In this document: in pieces, positions 1 through 13,200 of the stretch
Layout: each line of letters starts with the position of its first letter
Position numbering within the stretch: position 1 is the stretch's first letter
Assembly: GCA_964035545.1 (NCBI GenBank)
Contig: OZ037767.1
Coordinates: 17,605,781 to 17,669,780, forward strand
DNA from: Bugula neritina
Lineage: Eukaryota; Animalia; Bryozoa
Direction of reading: 5' to 3'
Length of the DNA stretch: 64,000 bases
Notes under the pieces: model-generated
The model's database searches: none
What the model was told of the DNA's origin: nothing
What the model saw: only the letters and a program-made list of their open reading frames with translations
Made by a program: the position numbers and the translations under genes

Positions 1-237
1 GAAACTTGGGGGAGGTGGAAAGGGCTATTGTAAAAGAGCTGAAGTTTAGAACCAAACTATGCTTGCGGAGTGGGCCAACAATTAATAGTCTTTTACACTT
101 CAATCTTTTCTAGTTATCAACATATTGAAAATATATACAACTAGAAAGTTAAATGCGTTTAGCATATCAAAGTGACAGACATTCAACACACTGGCTATAG
201 AATACATCATTGTAGTGATTATGACTGTTTCACTCAC

Positions 238-1915
238 TTATTCTTGGGATCTGTGACTGAAGTGCAGTTATACTTTAAAGTCTCATATTGATTAGGAGCT
301 ACGTCAATGTTTTTGTCAACAATTCCTTCGTTGAGTACGTCTTTACCAACTCTACCAGTGTTCTTAAACCTGTACGTCATCTCCGGCATTCTGTATGACA
401 ATATAGTAATACTGTATAACAATATAGTAATACTGTATAGCAATATAGTAATACTGTATGACAATATAGTAATACTGTATAACAATATAGTAATACTGTA
501 TAACAATATAGTAATACTGTATAACAATATAGCAATACTGTATGACAATATAGTAATATTATATAACAATAATTCTAGCACCAGTATAAATGTAACCTCT
601 ATAATAAAACCTTTATAAGTAAAATTCAGAGTGTTTCCAAAACAAAAGAAAAGCAGGTAAAGTTTTACATTGTGATGCAACAAATGCACTCTTGGCTAAA
701 GTTATTTGATATTCTCAAAGAGACTGGTGTATTATGGGATATATTTAACAAACAGACTAAACAATGAATAACTGTCTCTTATGATTATGTAATACTGCAA
801 TTGTTGAAAATTGAATCACTTTAATATTTGAGATAATTTAGCAGCTCCAAATACATGAGAGTTTACAGTTCTCTAGATGAAGTATCAAAAACTTGTCATT
901 CAATTAAAACATGAGAAGAATAAAGTATAGCAGCTGCTCCCATCCAGTGCTAAATGTTGGTATAACCATCTCAAACTAATAACTAGAGGTGTAAGGTACT
1001 AAGGCTATTCACAGCTCACATGAAGGATAGACAACTTACAAGTCAGAGAATTCCTTGAAGTTGTAGGCCCCTGGCATGAGGGACTCCCCCTTGCCCCCCT
1101 TAGTTGGCTCCAACCTCCGACCATCAGATTTGAAGCTATACGTTTTGCGGCTTCTGCTCAAGTCCAATAGAAACGTGTCGCTCTCCTTGACACCATAAGC
1201 AGACGGCAGCGGTGTTTCCTGCGCAACAAGATGTATACTGACAGAGAGTGTATACACAGAGTATATTATATATACACAGAGTATATTATATATACACAGA
1301 GTATATTATATATACACACAGAATAATATACACAGAGTATATATGGACAGTATAGGATATATAGAAAGTATATTAATATGAGATACACAGAGCATATACC
1401 AATATTAAAGAGTATATATATTATATTATATAGAAAGTATATTTGTGACTCACCCGGATGTATGTCCTCCACCAACCCTCTCTCCCCGATTTCTCCCCCT
1501 CGTACTCTTCAGAGAGACCAGTTCTAATCTACACAAATATTTACCACACTTTCTGAGGGAGATGTAAGACAATATCGTACCTTAGTCTGTTAATATGATT
1601 GTGTTACTGATTGAAGTAAACACGTGCCTCTTCCGCTAGTACTACTATCTTTACCTGTACATTGGATCCTTTGTAATTCCTCTCATGCACCGGAACTCTT
1701 ACTTTCTCTGCTACTTTCTTCTTCTTTGTCTGTATGATAGTTGGTCTAGCTATGTCCAGTATCTTGCCTTCTGCAACAGAGAGCATACGGTGTATACTGT
1801 ATATACATCTATACTACAGTTCTATTACATTGTATACACACGTATATACACTCGGAGAACTGGTGTTTTGTATACTACCTTGCACAGGGTTCAACGATGA
1901 TGTCACAGCGGCCAT
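238..1915 (-). CDS. STPG4: Sperm-tail PG-rich repeat protein 4-like, 5' part (continues beyond window start)
   Basis: Exons 1879-1915, 1655-1770, 1454-1528, 1040-1218 and 238-390 join in phase: MAAVTSSLNPVQEGKILD...SGREGWWRTYIR|ETPLPSAY...KTYSFKSDGRR...LMPGAYNF...MTYRFKNTGR...VAPNQY. The REGWWR/TP.P..Y/TYSFK/PGAY motifs are typical of STPG4. Confidence 0.7.
391..567. repeat. 21-nt intronic minisatellite abutting the STPG4 acceptor
   Basis: Unit ctgtataacaatatagtaata, about 8 copies; on the minus strand each unit ends in TACAG. Confidence 0.9.
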
Positions 1916-2357
1916 CTTGTGTACAGGCGTTACTAGCCCCGAGGAAAAGAAAGCGAAAAGGTCTAAAAAAGTAAAATGAGAAACTGGTAATGATGAAATA
2001 CAAACAACTGAAAGCAGCAAATAGTTCCTCTGGTTTGCTGCTGTTTTCACCTTCAATTTGTCCTTTAGACAGCAATCTGCAGAATATACTTGAATTAGTG
2101 AGAAATTCCTTCAGACTAAATAGAGCTGGCCTTTGAAATGCAGATGCTGACCTTGTCAGTGGCACCAACTCCTTTAAAGCCATTATTTTATACAAAAGTA
2201 AGAAATATGAGAGGTCTAGCTTGATATAATAATGATTATAGAATAGTTTGAATAGAAGTAGTTTATTCAGAATACATGTTAACTTTTTCATCAAGGAGTA
2301 ACAGCAGACCAATACCAATACATTACACCAGTAACAACATGTGTAGTACAAATACTG

Positions 2358-2850
2358 CATGACAATATCACAAGGTGCTTTTTCTAACACATGACAATAT
2401 CACAAGGTGCTTTTTCTAACACATGAAAATGTCACAAGGTACTTTCTCTGACATGCGACAATATCGCAAGGTGTTTCCTCTGCGACACATGACAATGTCA
2501 CAAGGTGTTTTCTCTGACAAATGACAATACCGCCAGGTACTTTCTCAGACACATGACAATGTCACCAGGTGCTTTCTCTGACACATGACAATATCACAAG
2601 GTGCTTTTTCTAACACATGAAAATGTCACAAGGTACTTTCTCTAACACATGACAATATCACAAGGTATTTTCTGTGGCATGACAATCTCACAAGGTACTT
2701 TCTCTGACAAATGACAATACCACCAGGTACTTTTTCTGACAGGTGACAATATCACCAGGTACCTTCTCGAACACATAACAATGTCACAAGGTACTTTTTC
2801 TGACACATGGCAATATCACAAGGTACTTTCTGTGACGCATGACAATAACC
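2358..2850. repeat. Degenerate ~32-nt tandem repeat between ZO-1 and STPG4
   Basis: Unit approximately catgacaatatcacaaggtactttctctgaca, about 15 diverged copies. Confidence 0.85.
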
Positions 2851-3930
2851 AGCTTTATGAATGAGACTATCTCATCATGCATAAACTAAGTATACTTCAC
2901 TTTATAGCTACTAATGCTGACAGATGACATGCAAATAGCTGTTTGCTGACAATGCTGTGCTGACTGACCTGACACCTCTACTGCAATATGTCTGCTGCCA
3001 CTAGCCTCACTTTCACGCTACCTGCTGACAGAATGGTTGTTGTGCTACTTATATACAGGATATTATGTTGTGGCACAGTGTGCAGTGGTTGCTATAGCCC
3101 AGTTACTCAATTATTGAACACGGAGTATACTTGACACAGCTGATTAACTCGCCTATATATTTATATATTCAACTAAAACAATGATAGTAACAATGCAGTA
3201 TTTAAACATCAATACCTCATTATAAAACATATTAAGTGTACATATAATACTAAGCAATGCATGGCTATTCATTGCACCTGTTTAAATAGAGCAGCGGATA
3301 TTCAGCTCTCTATTTGCGTTTAATTATTCTTCAATAGTTTCCTTGGGTTATATAAATATAAAAATAAACATAAAATTCGATAAAAGTTGTGTTCTGAAAG
3401 AATAGTGTAAATAATACAGAGGAAATTAATCATAGAAAAACACAAGATATTTCATCTAACAAGTACTTGTAGATGTAGAGGGGTGCAAGTCACACGCTGT
3501 GAAGGAATATAATTATGGCTCTTTAGCATATAGAATCTATTCAAGATTTTTATCCGTTATTGATTATTACCTACTATACGCTCTTACCACACGACAAGAG
3601 AAGTAGCAGCAGTGATGGAAGATGTTGTTAAATCAACTATATTTGACCAAAACGTGGCATAATAAGTTGAGGATGTAAGATGTAAGATAATGTGTAAATA
3701 CAAAAATACAAAAGTGTGTACAGTAATGATCATTGTGTATGTACATATGTAAGTTAGTAGAGCAAATGTCTAAGGTAGTATAAAGGTAAGTAGATTAGTA
3801 AGTATATGTATAGAAGGTAGAATATATGATTAGTAGGCAGTGTAACCCATAATACTGAAGATATATGATTAGTAAATGTTGTTCTACTGCGGAGTTGCTT
3901 TACCCTGAACTTACATAATTCTCAGCATTT

Positions 3931-4222
3931 TAGAAACACTGTATATTCTATACTAAACTATAAAATAGAGTAGAAACACTGTATATTCTATACTAAACTA
4001 TAAAATAGAGTAGAAACACTGTATATTCTATGCTAAACTATAAAATAGAGTAGAAACACTGCATATTCTATACTAAACTATAAAATAGAGTAGAAACACT
4101 GCATATTCTAAACTAAACTATAAAATAGAGTAGAAACACTGCATATTCTATACTAAACTATAAAATAGAGTAGAAACACTGCATATTCTATACTAAACTA
4201 TAGAATAGAGTAGAAACACTAT
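3931..4222. repeat. 40-nt tandem repeat in the probable ZO-1 3' UTR
   Basis: Unit tagaaacactgtatattctatactaaactataaaatagag, about 7 copies, starting about 80 nt past the ZO-1 stop. Confidence 0.9.
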
Positions 4223-4299
4223 ATAATATAACAATATTATAGTAAATAAATAAGAATCTCGTATAGAAAGCTAACACAGCTGAGCTGTCTGGATCTCCA

Positions 4300-7200
4300 C
4301 TAGAAGTGGTCGACTAAGATGGGCACAAAGTCGCTGCTCTGCTGACGGCTGTCTAGACTCACACTCTGCCAGTTGCTGTCCAGCTGACTCGAAGCTGACG
4401 TGTGATTGGCCGACTTCAGAGTGAAGTTCCAGCTGTCGGAGCCCTGCCCGGCCGTGTGCGGCAGCCTCAGCTCTACCGGCAGCTGAAACTTGAGTCCCTG
4501 GGGGCCGCAGAGCACGAGGGGGGACAACTGAGTCTCTCCTTTCTCCTGATCGAGGGGGCCGCCCAGGGTGCTCTCTGGTTTACAGACCTGCAGATAACCA
4601 CTCAGTGTATAACATACTGCAGATAAACACTCAGTGTATAACATACTGCAGATAACCACTCAGTGTATAACATACTGCAGATAACCACTCAGTGATGACA
4701 TCACACTATACTTACCTTGAAGTAGATAGACTGAGAGACCCCGTGAGGTATAGCGTTAGGGGGGAGGTACAAGCTGACCCCCGTAGTCTCAGAACTCAAT
4801 ATTCCTCCGGAAGAATCAAAGACCCCAGTCTTCGTATCCAACAAAATATGATTGTCTGGTGTGGGTTCCATGTCTATACTATATATTATATATGATACAC
4901 AGTATACTATATAATATATATGATACACAGTATACTATATAATATATATGATACACAGTATACTATATAATATATATGATACACAGTATACTATATAATA
5001 TATATGATACGCAGTATACTATATAATATATATGATACACAGTACACTATATAATATATATGATACACAGTATACTATACAATATATATATGATAAGCTA
5101 TGGTATAGGAAAGGATCACCTACGTTGAAGAAAGGGGTGTAGCCACTGGTGAAGGAGGGGGCATGAAATGGGAGCCATTCTTCGTAAAACTTGTATCCAC
5201 TCCTGCAGCAGCATTCTCTGGGTCAGATACGTCGGAGGTTTTGCGACCTCCATAGAAATCTTTTGATTGGTCACGCCGTGACCCATAGAAAGGAGTGTTG
5301 GTCACAAACTTCTTGTAGCTTTCAAATGAGGATGTCGGCTTTCGAGGTTGCTAAAATGGTTTCCAACCAGACATTGTGGTACTAGTTGTTGCACAGCATT
5401 GTGGTACTAGTTGTTACACAGTGTTGTGGTACTAGTTGTTACACAGCATTGTGGTACTAGTTGTTACACAGTGTTGTGGTACTAGTTGTTACCTTCAATG
5501 CCCGTTAATGAATTTCATTGCAGCACAGAATATTTAGCTGGGATAAAGACTCGAGTTCGTAAACAGTTGGGCATTCTTTGATTAAATGAAAAATAGTTAG
5601 CAATTACCTGATTGGTTGGAGAATAGTTAGGAATTACGTGATTGGTTGGAGAATAGTTAGGAATTACGTGATTGGTTGGAGAATAGTTAGGAATTACCTG
5701 ATTGGGTGAGTAGACATTGTCTGACAGAGTTGAGGCCTCCTTGCTGTCCATATAGAGTTGGTTGGAGAAGGAGGAGGGCTGGGAGGGTGGCGCAGAGACA
5801 GGTGAGGCATGGAAGACATTGTCATCTGCAGCCTGGAGGACTGTCGGACTCATAAGGTGTGACGCTGCGTAGTGGCTGGTGAGTCATAATATGATAATAT
5901 ACGAGTCATAATATAATATACGAGTCATAATATAATATATGAGTCATAATATAATATATTAGTCACAATATAATTATATGAGTCATATATTATATTGGAG
6001 AAGGAGTATTATATCCAACTGTTGCTGAAGAATGGTGACTCACCCGTTAGTGCGTGGCCGAGCAGAGGGAGGGCCGTACGTGAAGATACTATGAGGGGCG
6101 GGACCAGTGGGAGACTGGGGGTGATTGTAGTGAGAGGAGGTTGGCCCAGACGGCCTTCTACTACGACCTGCTGTGACGGCAGCGATGGCAGAGGCAGCGT
6201 AGGGACTGGAAGTGTCATAGTGCCCCCTAGAGTGTAATATACAGTAAGTAGAGTGTAATATACAGCGAGTAGAGTGTAATATACAGCGAGTAGAGTGTAA
6301 TATACAGTAAGTAGAGTGTAATATACAGTGAGTAGAGTGTAATATACAGTGAGTAGAGTGTAATATACAGCAAGAAGAGTGTAATATACAGCAATTAGAG
6401 TGTAATATACAGCGAGTAGAGTGTAATATACAGCAATTAGAGTGTAATATACAGCGAGTAGAGTGTAATATACAGCGAGTAGAGTGTAATATACAGCAAG
6501 CAGAGTGTAATATACAGCGAGTAGAGTGTAATATACAGCAAGAAGAGTGTAATATACAGTGAGTAGAGTGTAATATACAGCGAGTAGAGTGTAATATACA
6601 GCAAGAAGAGTGTAATATACAGCAAGAAGAGTGTAATATACAGTGAGTAGAGTGTAATATACAGCTAGCAGAGTGTAATATACAGCAAGTAGAGTGTAAT
6701 ATACAGCGAGTAGAGTGTAATATACAGCGAGTAGAGTGTAATATACAGCGAGTAGAGTGTAATATACAGCAAGTAGAGTGTAATATACAGTGAGTAGAGT
6801 GTAATATACAGTAAGTAGAGTGTAATATACAGCAAGAAGAGTGTAATATACAGCAAGTAGAGTGTAATATACAGCAAGTAGATGTAATATACAGCGAGTA
6901 GAGTGTAATATACAGCAACCTGCTGATAGGCTCCTCAGTATCAGAAGGAGCAGAAAGTCTGGAAGCGTCCATAGACATGGAGTGGTGGACACGTCTGTGA
7001 GCGTGGGCGGGCAGACGGGCGTACGGACTCTCTCCTGACCCCATAGAGTCTGTCCTGCAACAATGACAACTCTACGTCAGCTGTCTGTATTGCGTATAGC
7101 GTAGAACATACAGAGTGTACCCTAGCAATAGCAGATCTGTAGTAAAGAGAGACTAGTGAAGACTCACCTGACGGGTGGAGCTGGTTTACTGAAGGCAGGT

Positions 7201-10200
7201 GCAGAAGACATCCTGGTGAACTTGTGGTCATGTGACTGGTTGGCAGAACGTGGAGACATGTAGTGACTGGAGCTCGTCTTGTGTCTATGAGAGTGCGGGT
7301 GGTGGGAGTGATGCCCCCTACCGACGGTGTTGAACTTTGGATCCTTCTCCCCTGCTGGGTGACCATTGAATGGCGAGGATTGATAATGCAGTCTCGAGTC
7401 GGACGTGAGACGTTCCCTCTGCGCCCTCTGACCCCCGGCAGCAGCGGCAGCGTAGTGGGACCTCATAGTGGAGCTGTTGTAGATAGAGCCGGGGGTCGGC
7501 TGACTCATACTCAGTATGTCTACTGTGGAGGCCTTAGAATACTGACTGGAGACAGACGGGTGGGTAGAGTGACCCCCCACCTCCTCGTCGCTCCCTCCTG
7601 CAAAAGAGAGACAGAGTAGAGGACAGACACACAGACAGAGTAGAGGACACACAGACAGACGGAGTAGAGGACACACAGACAGACAGAGTAGAGGACACAC
7701 AGACAGACAGAGTAGAGGACACACAGACAGACAGACAGAGTAGATGACACACAGACAGACAGACTAACCTATGTTGGGATCAGATGAGGCACGACTCAAG
7801 TGTCTATCCAGAGTGCTGGAAGAGTAGAGTTGGTCGGAAGTTCTAGAAACATCCATGTCGCTCTCGGGAGACGTCACAAAGCTGAGCTGATTGGCCATTG
7901 GAAACAGGAAGTCGTCTGCCATGTTCTCCGTAGGCTTGTACTCCGACATCCAGATAGCCTTCACTTGCTCCTTCGCTATCACCTCGCGCAGCTACAACAG
8001 TTCACGTTACAAACCAATCATATTATACATTACATACTTCTTCACCTGTGTGAACCAATCACAGAGAGTATTACACATACAATCAACTGTGTGAACCAAT
8101 CACAGAGAGTATTACACATACACTCACCTGAGTGAACCAATCACAGAGAGTATTACACATACACTCACCTGTGTGAACCAATCACAGAGAGTATTACACA
8201 TACACTCACCTGTGTGAACCAATCACAGAGAGTATTACACATACACTCACCTGTGTGAACCAATCACAGAGAGTATTACACATACACTCACCTGTGTGAA
8301 CCAATCACAGAGAGTATTACACATACACTCACCTGTGTGAACCAATCACAGAGAGTATTACACATACACTCACCTGTGTGAACCAATCACAGAGAGTATT
8401 ACACATACACTCACCTGTGTGAACCAATCACAGAGAGTATTACACATACACTCACCTGTGTGAACCAATCACAGAGAGTATTACACATACACTCACCTGT
8501 GTGAACCAGTGCTGATTATTCGGAGTGTTCAGGTTGATTTCTTTGGTGAATATTTGAGGGTAATTCTTGTCGATCTTGAGCGTCTGTTCAAACAGCTTCT
8601 TGCCGGCCTTGGCGGGAGACGACAGGTTATGCCTCTGTCTGAGCTCTACAGGAAAGAGTTTAATGAGAGAGTAAGTTTGGAGAGTAAGTTTGGAGAGAGT
8701 AAGTTAAAGAGAGTAAGTTAGAAAGCGTAAGTTAAGATAGAGTAAGTTAGAGAGAGTAAGTTAGGAGAGTAAGTTAGAGAGAGTAAGTTAGAGAGAGTAA
8801 GTTAGAGAGAGTAAGTTAGAGAGAGTAAGTTAGAGAGAGTAAGTTAGGAGAGTAAGTTAGAGTAAGTTAGAGAGAGTAAGTTAAATAGAGTAAGTTAGAG
8901 TAAGTTAGAGAGAGTAAGTTAGAGAGAATAAGTTAAATAGAGTAAGTTAGAGAGAATAAGTTAAATAGAGTAAGTTAGAGAGAGTAAGTTAGAGAGAGTA
9001 AGTTAGGAGAGTAAGTTAGAGAGAGTAAGTTAGAGAGAGTAAGTTAGAGTAAGTTAGAGAGAGTAAGTTAGAGAGAATAAGTTAAATAGAGTAAGTTAGA
9101 GAGAATAAGTTAAATAGAGTAAGTTAGAGAGAGTAAGTTAGAGAGAGTAAGTTAGGAGAGTAAGTTAACCGTACCTTTGATAGTCTTATAGTTGTCAGAC
9201 TTGAGGTGGATGACTATTGGGTAGTACTGAGCGTAGTTGAGTTTGTCCACAGCACTGGGCACCACATCCAGCACGCAGTGTTTACCCAGGTCCACCACAG
9301 TGCGGATACAACCCAGCTGAGGAATAAACAGACACAATGATACAGCCAATACACAGACACTTTACACTGGAACAGCCAATACACAGACACAATGGAACAG
9401 CCAATAGACAGACATGTTATACCTTGAGAATGCCAGACCTGGCCACCTCATCATCACCAGAGCCGTCTGCGCTGGGAGGAGCTTCAAAAGACTCGGGCAC
9501 TTCCTTTAATAACCTTTCGTGGGCGATATCAGACAGGCCCCCGTATATCACTATCGGTCTCATGAATCCAGCTGCAGCGTGTGAACATAAGCGTACAAAC
9601 AGCAGCTCACTACAGTACTTCCTGTATAACACTCAGCTCACTACAGTACTTACTGTATAACACTCAGCTCACTACAGTACTTACTGTATAACACTCAGCT
9701 CACTACAGTACTTACTGTATAACACTCAGCTCACTACAGTACTTACTGTATAACACTCAGCTCACTACAGTACTTACTGTATAACACTCAGCTCACTACA
9801 GTACTTACTGTATAACACTCAGCTCACTACAGTACTTACTGTATAACACTCAGCTCACTACAGTACTTACTGTATAACACTCAGCTCACTACAGTACTTA
9901 CTGTATAACACTCAGCTCACTACAGTACTTACTGTATAACACTCAGCTCACTACAGTACTTACTGTATAACACTCAGCTCACTACAGTACTTACTGTATA
10001 ACACTCAGCTCACTACAGTACTTACTGTATAACACTCAGCTCACTACAGTACTTACTGTATAACACTCAACTCACTACAGTACTTACGTTGTCTCAACAT
10101 GACCCTCTCGTAAGCTTCATACTTGCTGTCTTCTTTAGCTACAAACATATATTACAGAGTAGAGCAGATATATTACAGAGTAGAGCAGATATATTACAGA

Positions 10201-13200
10201 GTAGAGCAGATATATTACAGAGTAGAGCAGATATATTACAGAGAAGAACAGATATATTACAGAATAGAACAGATATATTACAGAGTACAGCAGATATATT
10301 ACAGGGTAGAGCAGATATATTACAGAGTAGAGCAGATATATTACAGAGTAGAACAGATATATTACAGAGTAGAACAGATATATTACACTCACCAAATATT
10401 ACGTCTTCCCAATGATCTCTTCCCAGAGACTTTGACCTCTTCTGACTCTTCTTCCTGAAGAGACTTCCTCTGCCAACCTTCTCCCGCTCATCCCGAGGGT
10501 GACGTAACGCCTCCGCTCTCGCCTTGTTCGGTATAACCCCGGTGGCGCCCTCCTCGTTGTCGGCTGTGAGTTTAATGACATTCCACTCACCGACCACTCG
10601 GGAGCGGAGAGTGTCAAACACTTTGAATACATTTCCTTGCTGAAAGGAGAGGTGATTGGAGCCTTTTGGGGCAATGTACGTCATGTGAGTCCGGATGTGG
10701 AACAGATCCCCTACAGTATACATACACACTAACTACAGTATACATACACACTAACTACAGTATATCTACACACTAGCTACAGTATATATACACACTAACT
10801 ATAGTATATATACACACTAACTACAGTATATCTACACACTAACTACAGTGTATATACACACTAACTACAGTATACACTACAGTATACACTACAGTATACA
10901 CTACAGTATACACTACAGAGTACACTACAGTATACACTACAGCACACACTACAGTATACACTACAGTATACACTACAGTATACACTACAGCATACACACA
11001 CACCGTGATCAGTCCCTGTAGACGCCAGAACTCTGCGGAACTCCAGCAGTCTGTTCTGTAGAACCAAATCCACCCTCAGCTCCAGGTTCATGATCTTCAG
11101 AACAGCTTCTTCTCTGGTCATACCTCTGGTGGGCTGACCATCTATCTGTGTGTAGAGGAGTGAGGTAAGTACAGTAAGTACAGTGAGTGAAGTAAGTGAA
11201 GTAAGTGAAGTAAGTACAGTAAGTACAGTACATTAATAAGGCTGTGTCATGTACACGCACCTTGATGACCTCATCACCTTCTCTGACACCTTCCTTCTGG
11301 GCTGGAGAATTGGGCAGAACCCCGGCTATGTATATCCCAGTGTGGTTGCCTCCCGCTATACTGAGACCTGCCCCACCCTCTTTGTTGTATGAAACATACC
11401 GAGTTTCTGAGCTACGAAATGGTACCACAATATGTTAGAGATGTTTTCCGTATTACAAGATATTATATACAGTAACACAGTTGATTATCAGGTAAACAAG
11501 ACGCACCCATAGCAGTCTCTGCTCTCGTAGAACAGGGAAGTGGCTAACGGAGACGGGACTGTGAGTTCCACATGGTCATTGGTCAAAGTGTCACCTCTGA
11601 CAGGATGGTCAGGTGTTCTGTAGCATAACATACACAGTAAAATAACACAGTACAGTGAGACACACAGTCAAGGTGCTGTGACACACACTCAAGGTGCTGT
11701 GACACACACTCAAGGTGCTCCGACACACCCAAGGTGCTCCGACACACCCAAGGTGCTCTGACACACACTCAAGGTGCTCTGACACCCACTCAAGGTACTA
11801 TGACACACTCAAGGTGCTCTGACATTACCTGTAAGGTGTTCTGACATTACCTGTAAGGTGCTCTGACATTACCTGTAGGGTGCTCTGACATTACCTGTGA
11901 GGTGTTCTGACATTACCTGTAAGGTGCTCTGACATTACCTGTAAGGTGTGGAGAGAAACTCAGAGGAGTTGACGTATGAGTTGATGCTAGGTTTCACGTA
12001 GCCAGCCTTCTCAAACTGAGATGAGTTGAGGTAATACATGTTGTCCGTCTTGTAGGGCTGGAACTTCGTGTAGTCCAAGTCACTGCAACACATTGTGACA
12101 TGACACTTTAGTAAGGTGCCTACATTGCCTATTTGTGACATGACACATTAGTAAGATGCTCACAGTGCCATGTATTATAGACATGACACTTTAAAACAAT
12201 TGCTGTCATATGATTGGAAGAAGTACCTGTTCTGCCGTTTATGCAGCAGGTTGGTAACAGACGGGGCTCTCGGTGGCTTCTTCAGAGTGACAAGTAGCTT
12301 CTCTTTCGACTTTTCCAGCTGTCTCCTGGCATCTTGTAGGGATATCGACTCCACATTTATGTTGTTCAACTGGAAACATGTACATTTAGACATAAACAAC
12401 TCTGTTTCCATGGTAACAGTTACTCAGTTTCCATACAACTAGGCACTGACCTTCAGAATTGTGTCCCCTTCTTTGATCATACTCTCAAAGGATGCTAACG
12501 AGTTTGGTAATATCTCCTTCACATAGAACTTACAGCCGATAACCAGTCCGTAATCTGTAATACTATACACCATATACACTCTACTATATATACTCTACTA
12601 TATACTATATATACTCTACTATATACTATATATACTCTACTATATACTATATATACTCTACTATATACTATATATACTCTACTATATACTATATATACTC
12701 TACTATATACTATATATACTCTACTATATACTATATATACTCTACTATATACTATATATACTCTACTATATACTCTACTATATACTATATATACTCTACT
12801 ATATACTATATATACTCTACTATATACTATATATACTCTACTATATACTATATATACTCTACTATATACTATATATACTCTACTATATACTATATATACT
12901 CTACTATATACTATATATACTCTACTATATACTCTACTATATACTATATATACTCTAATACATACTATATATACTCTACTATATACTCTACTATATACTC
13001 TACTATATACTATATATACTCTACTATATACTATATATACTCTACTATACACCATATATACTCTACTATATACTATATACACTCTACTATATACTATATA
13101 TACTCTACTATATACTATATATACTCTACTATATACTATATATACTCTACTATATACTATATACACTCTACTATACTCTACTATATACCATATACACTCT

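Noticed and set aside
1875-2390. 171-aa minus-strand ORF upstream of STPG4
   Set aside because: No recognisable motifs; the spliced STPG4 start at 1915 uses a different frame.
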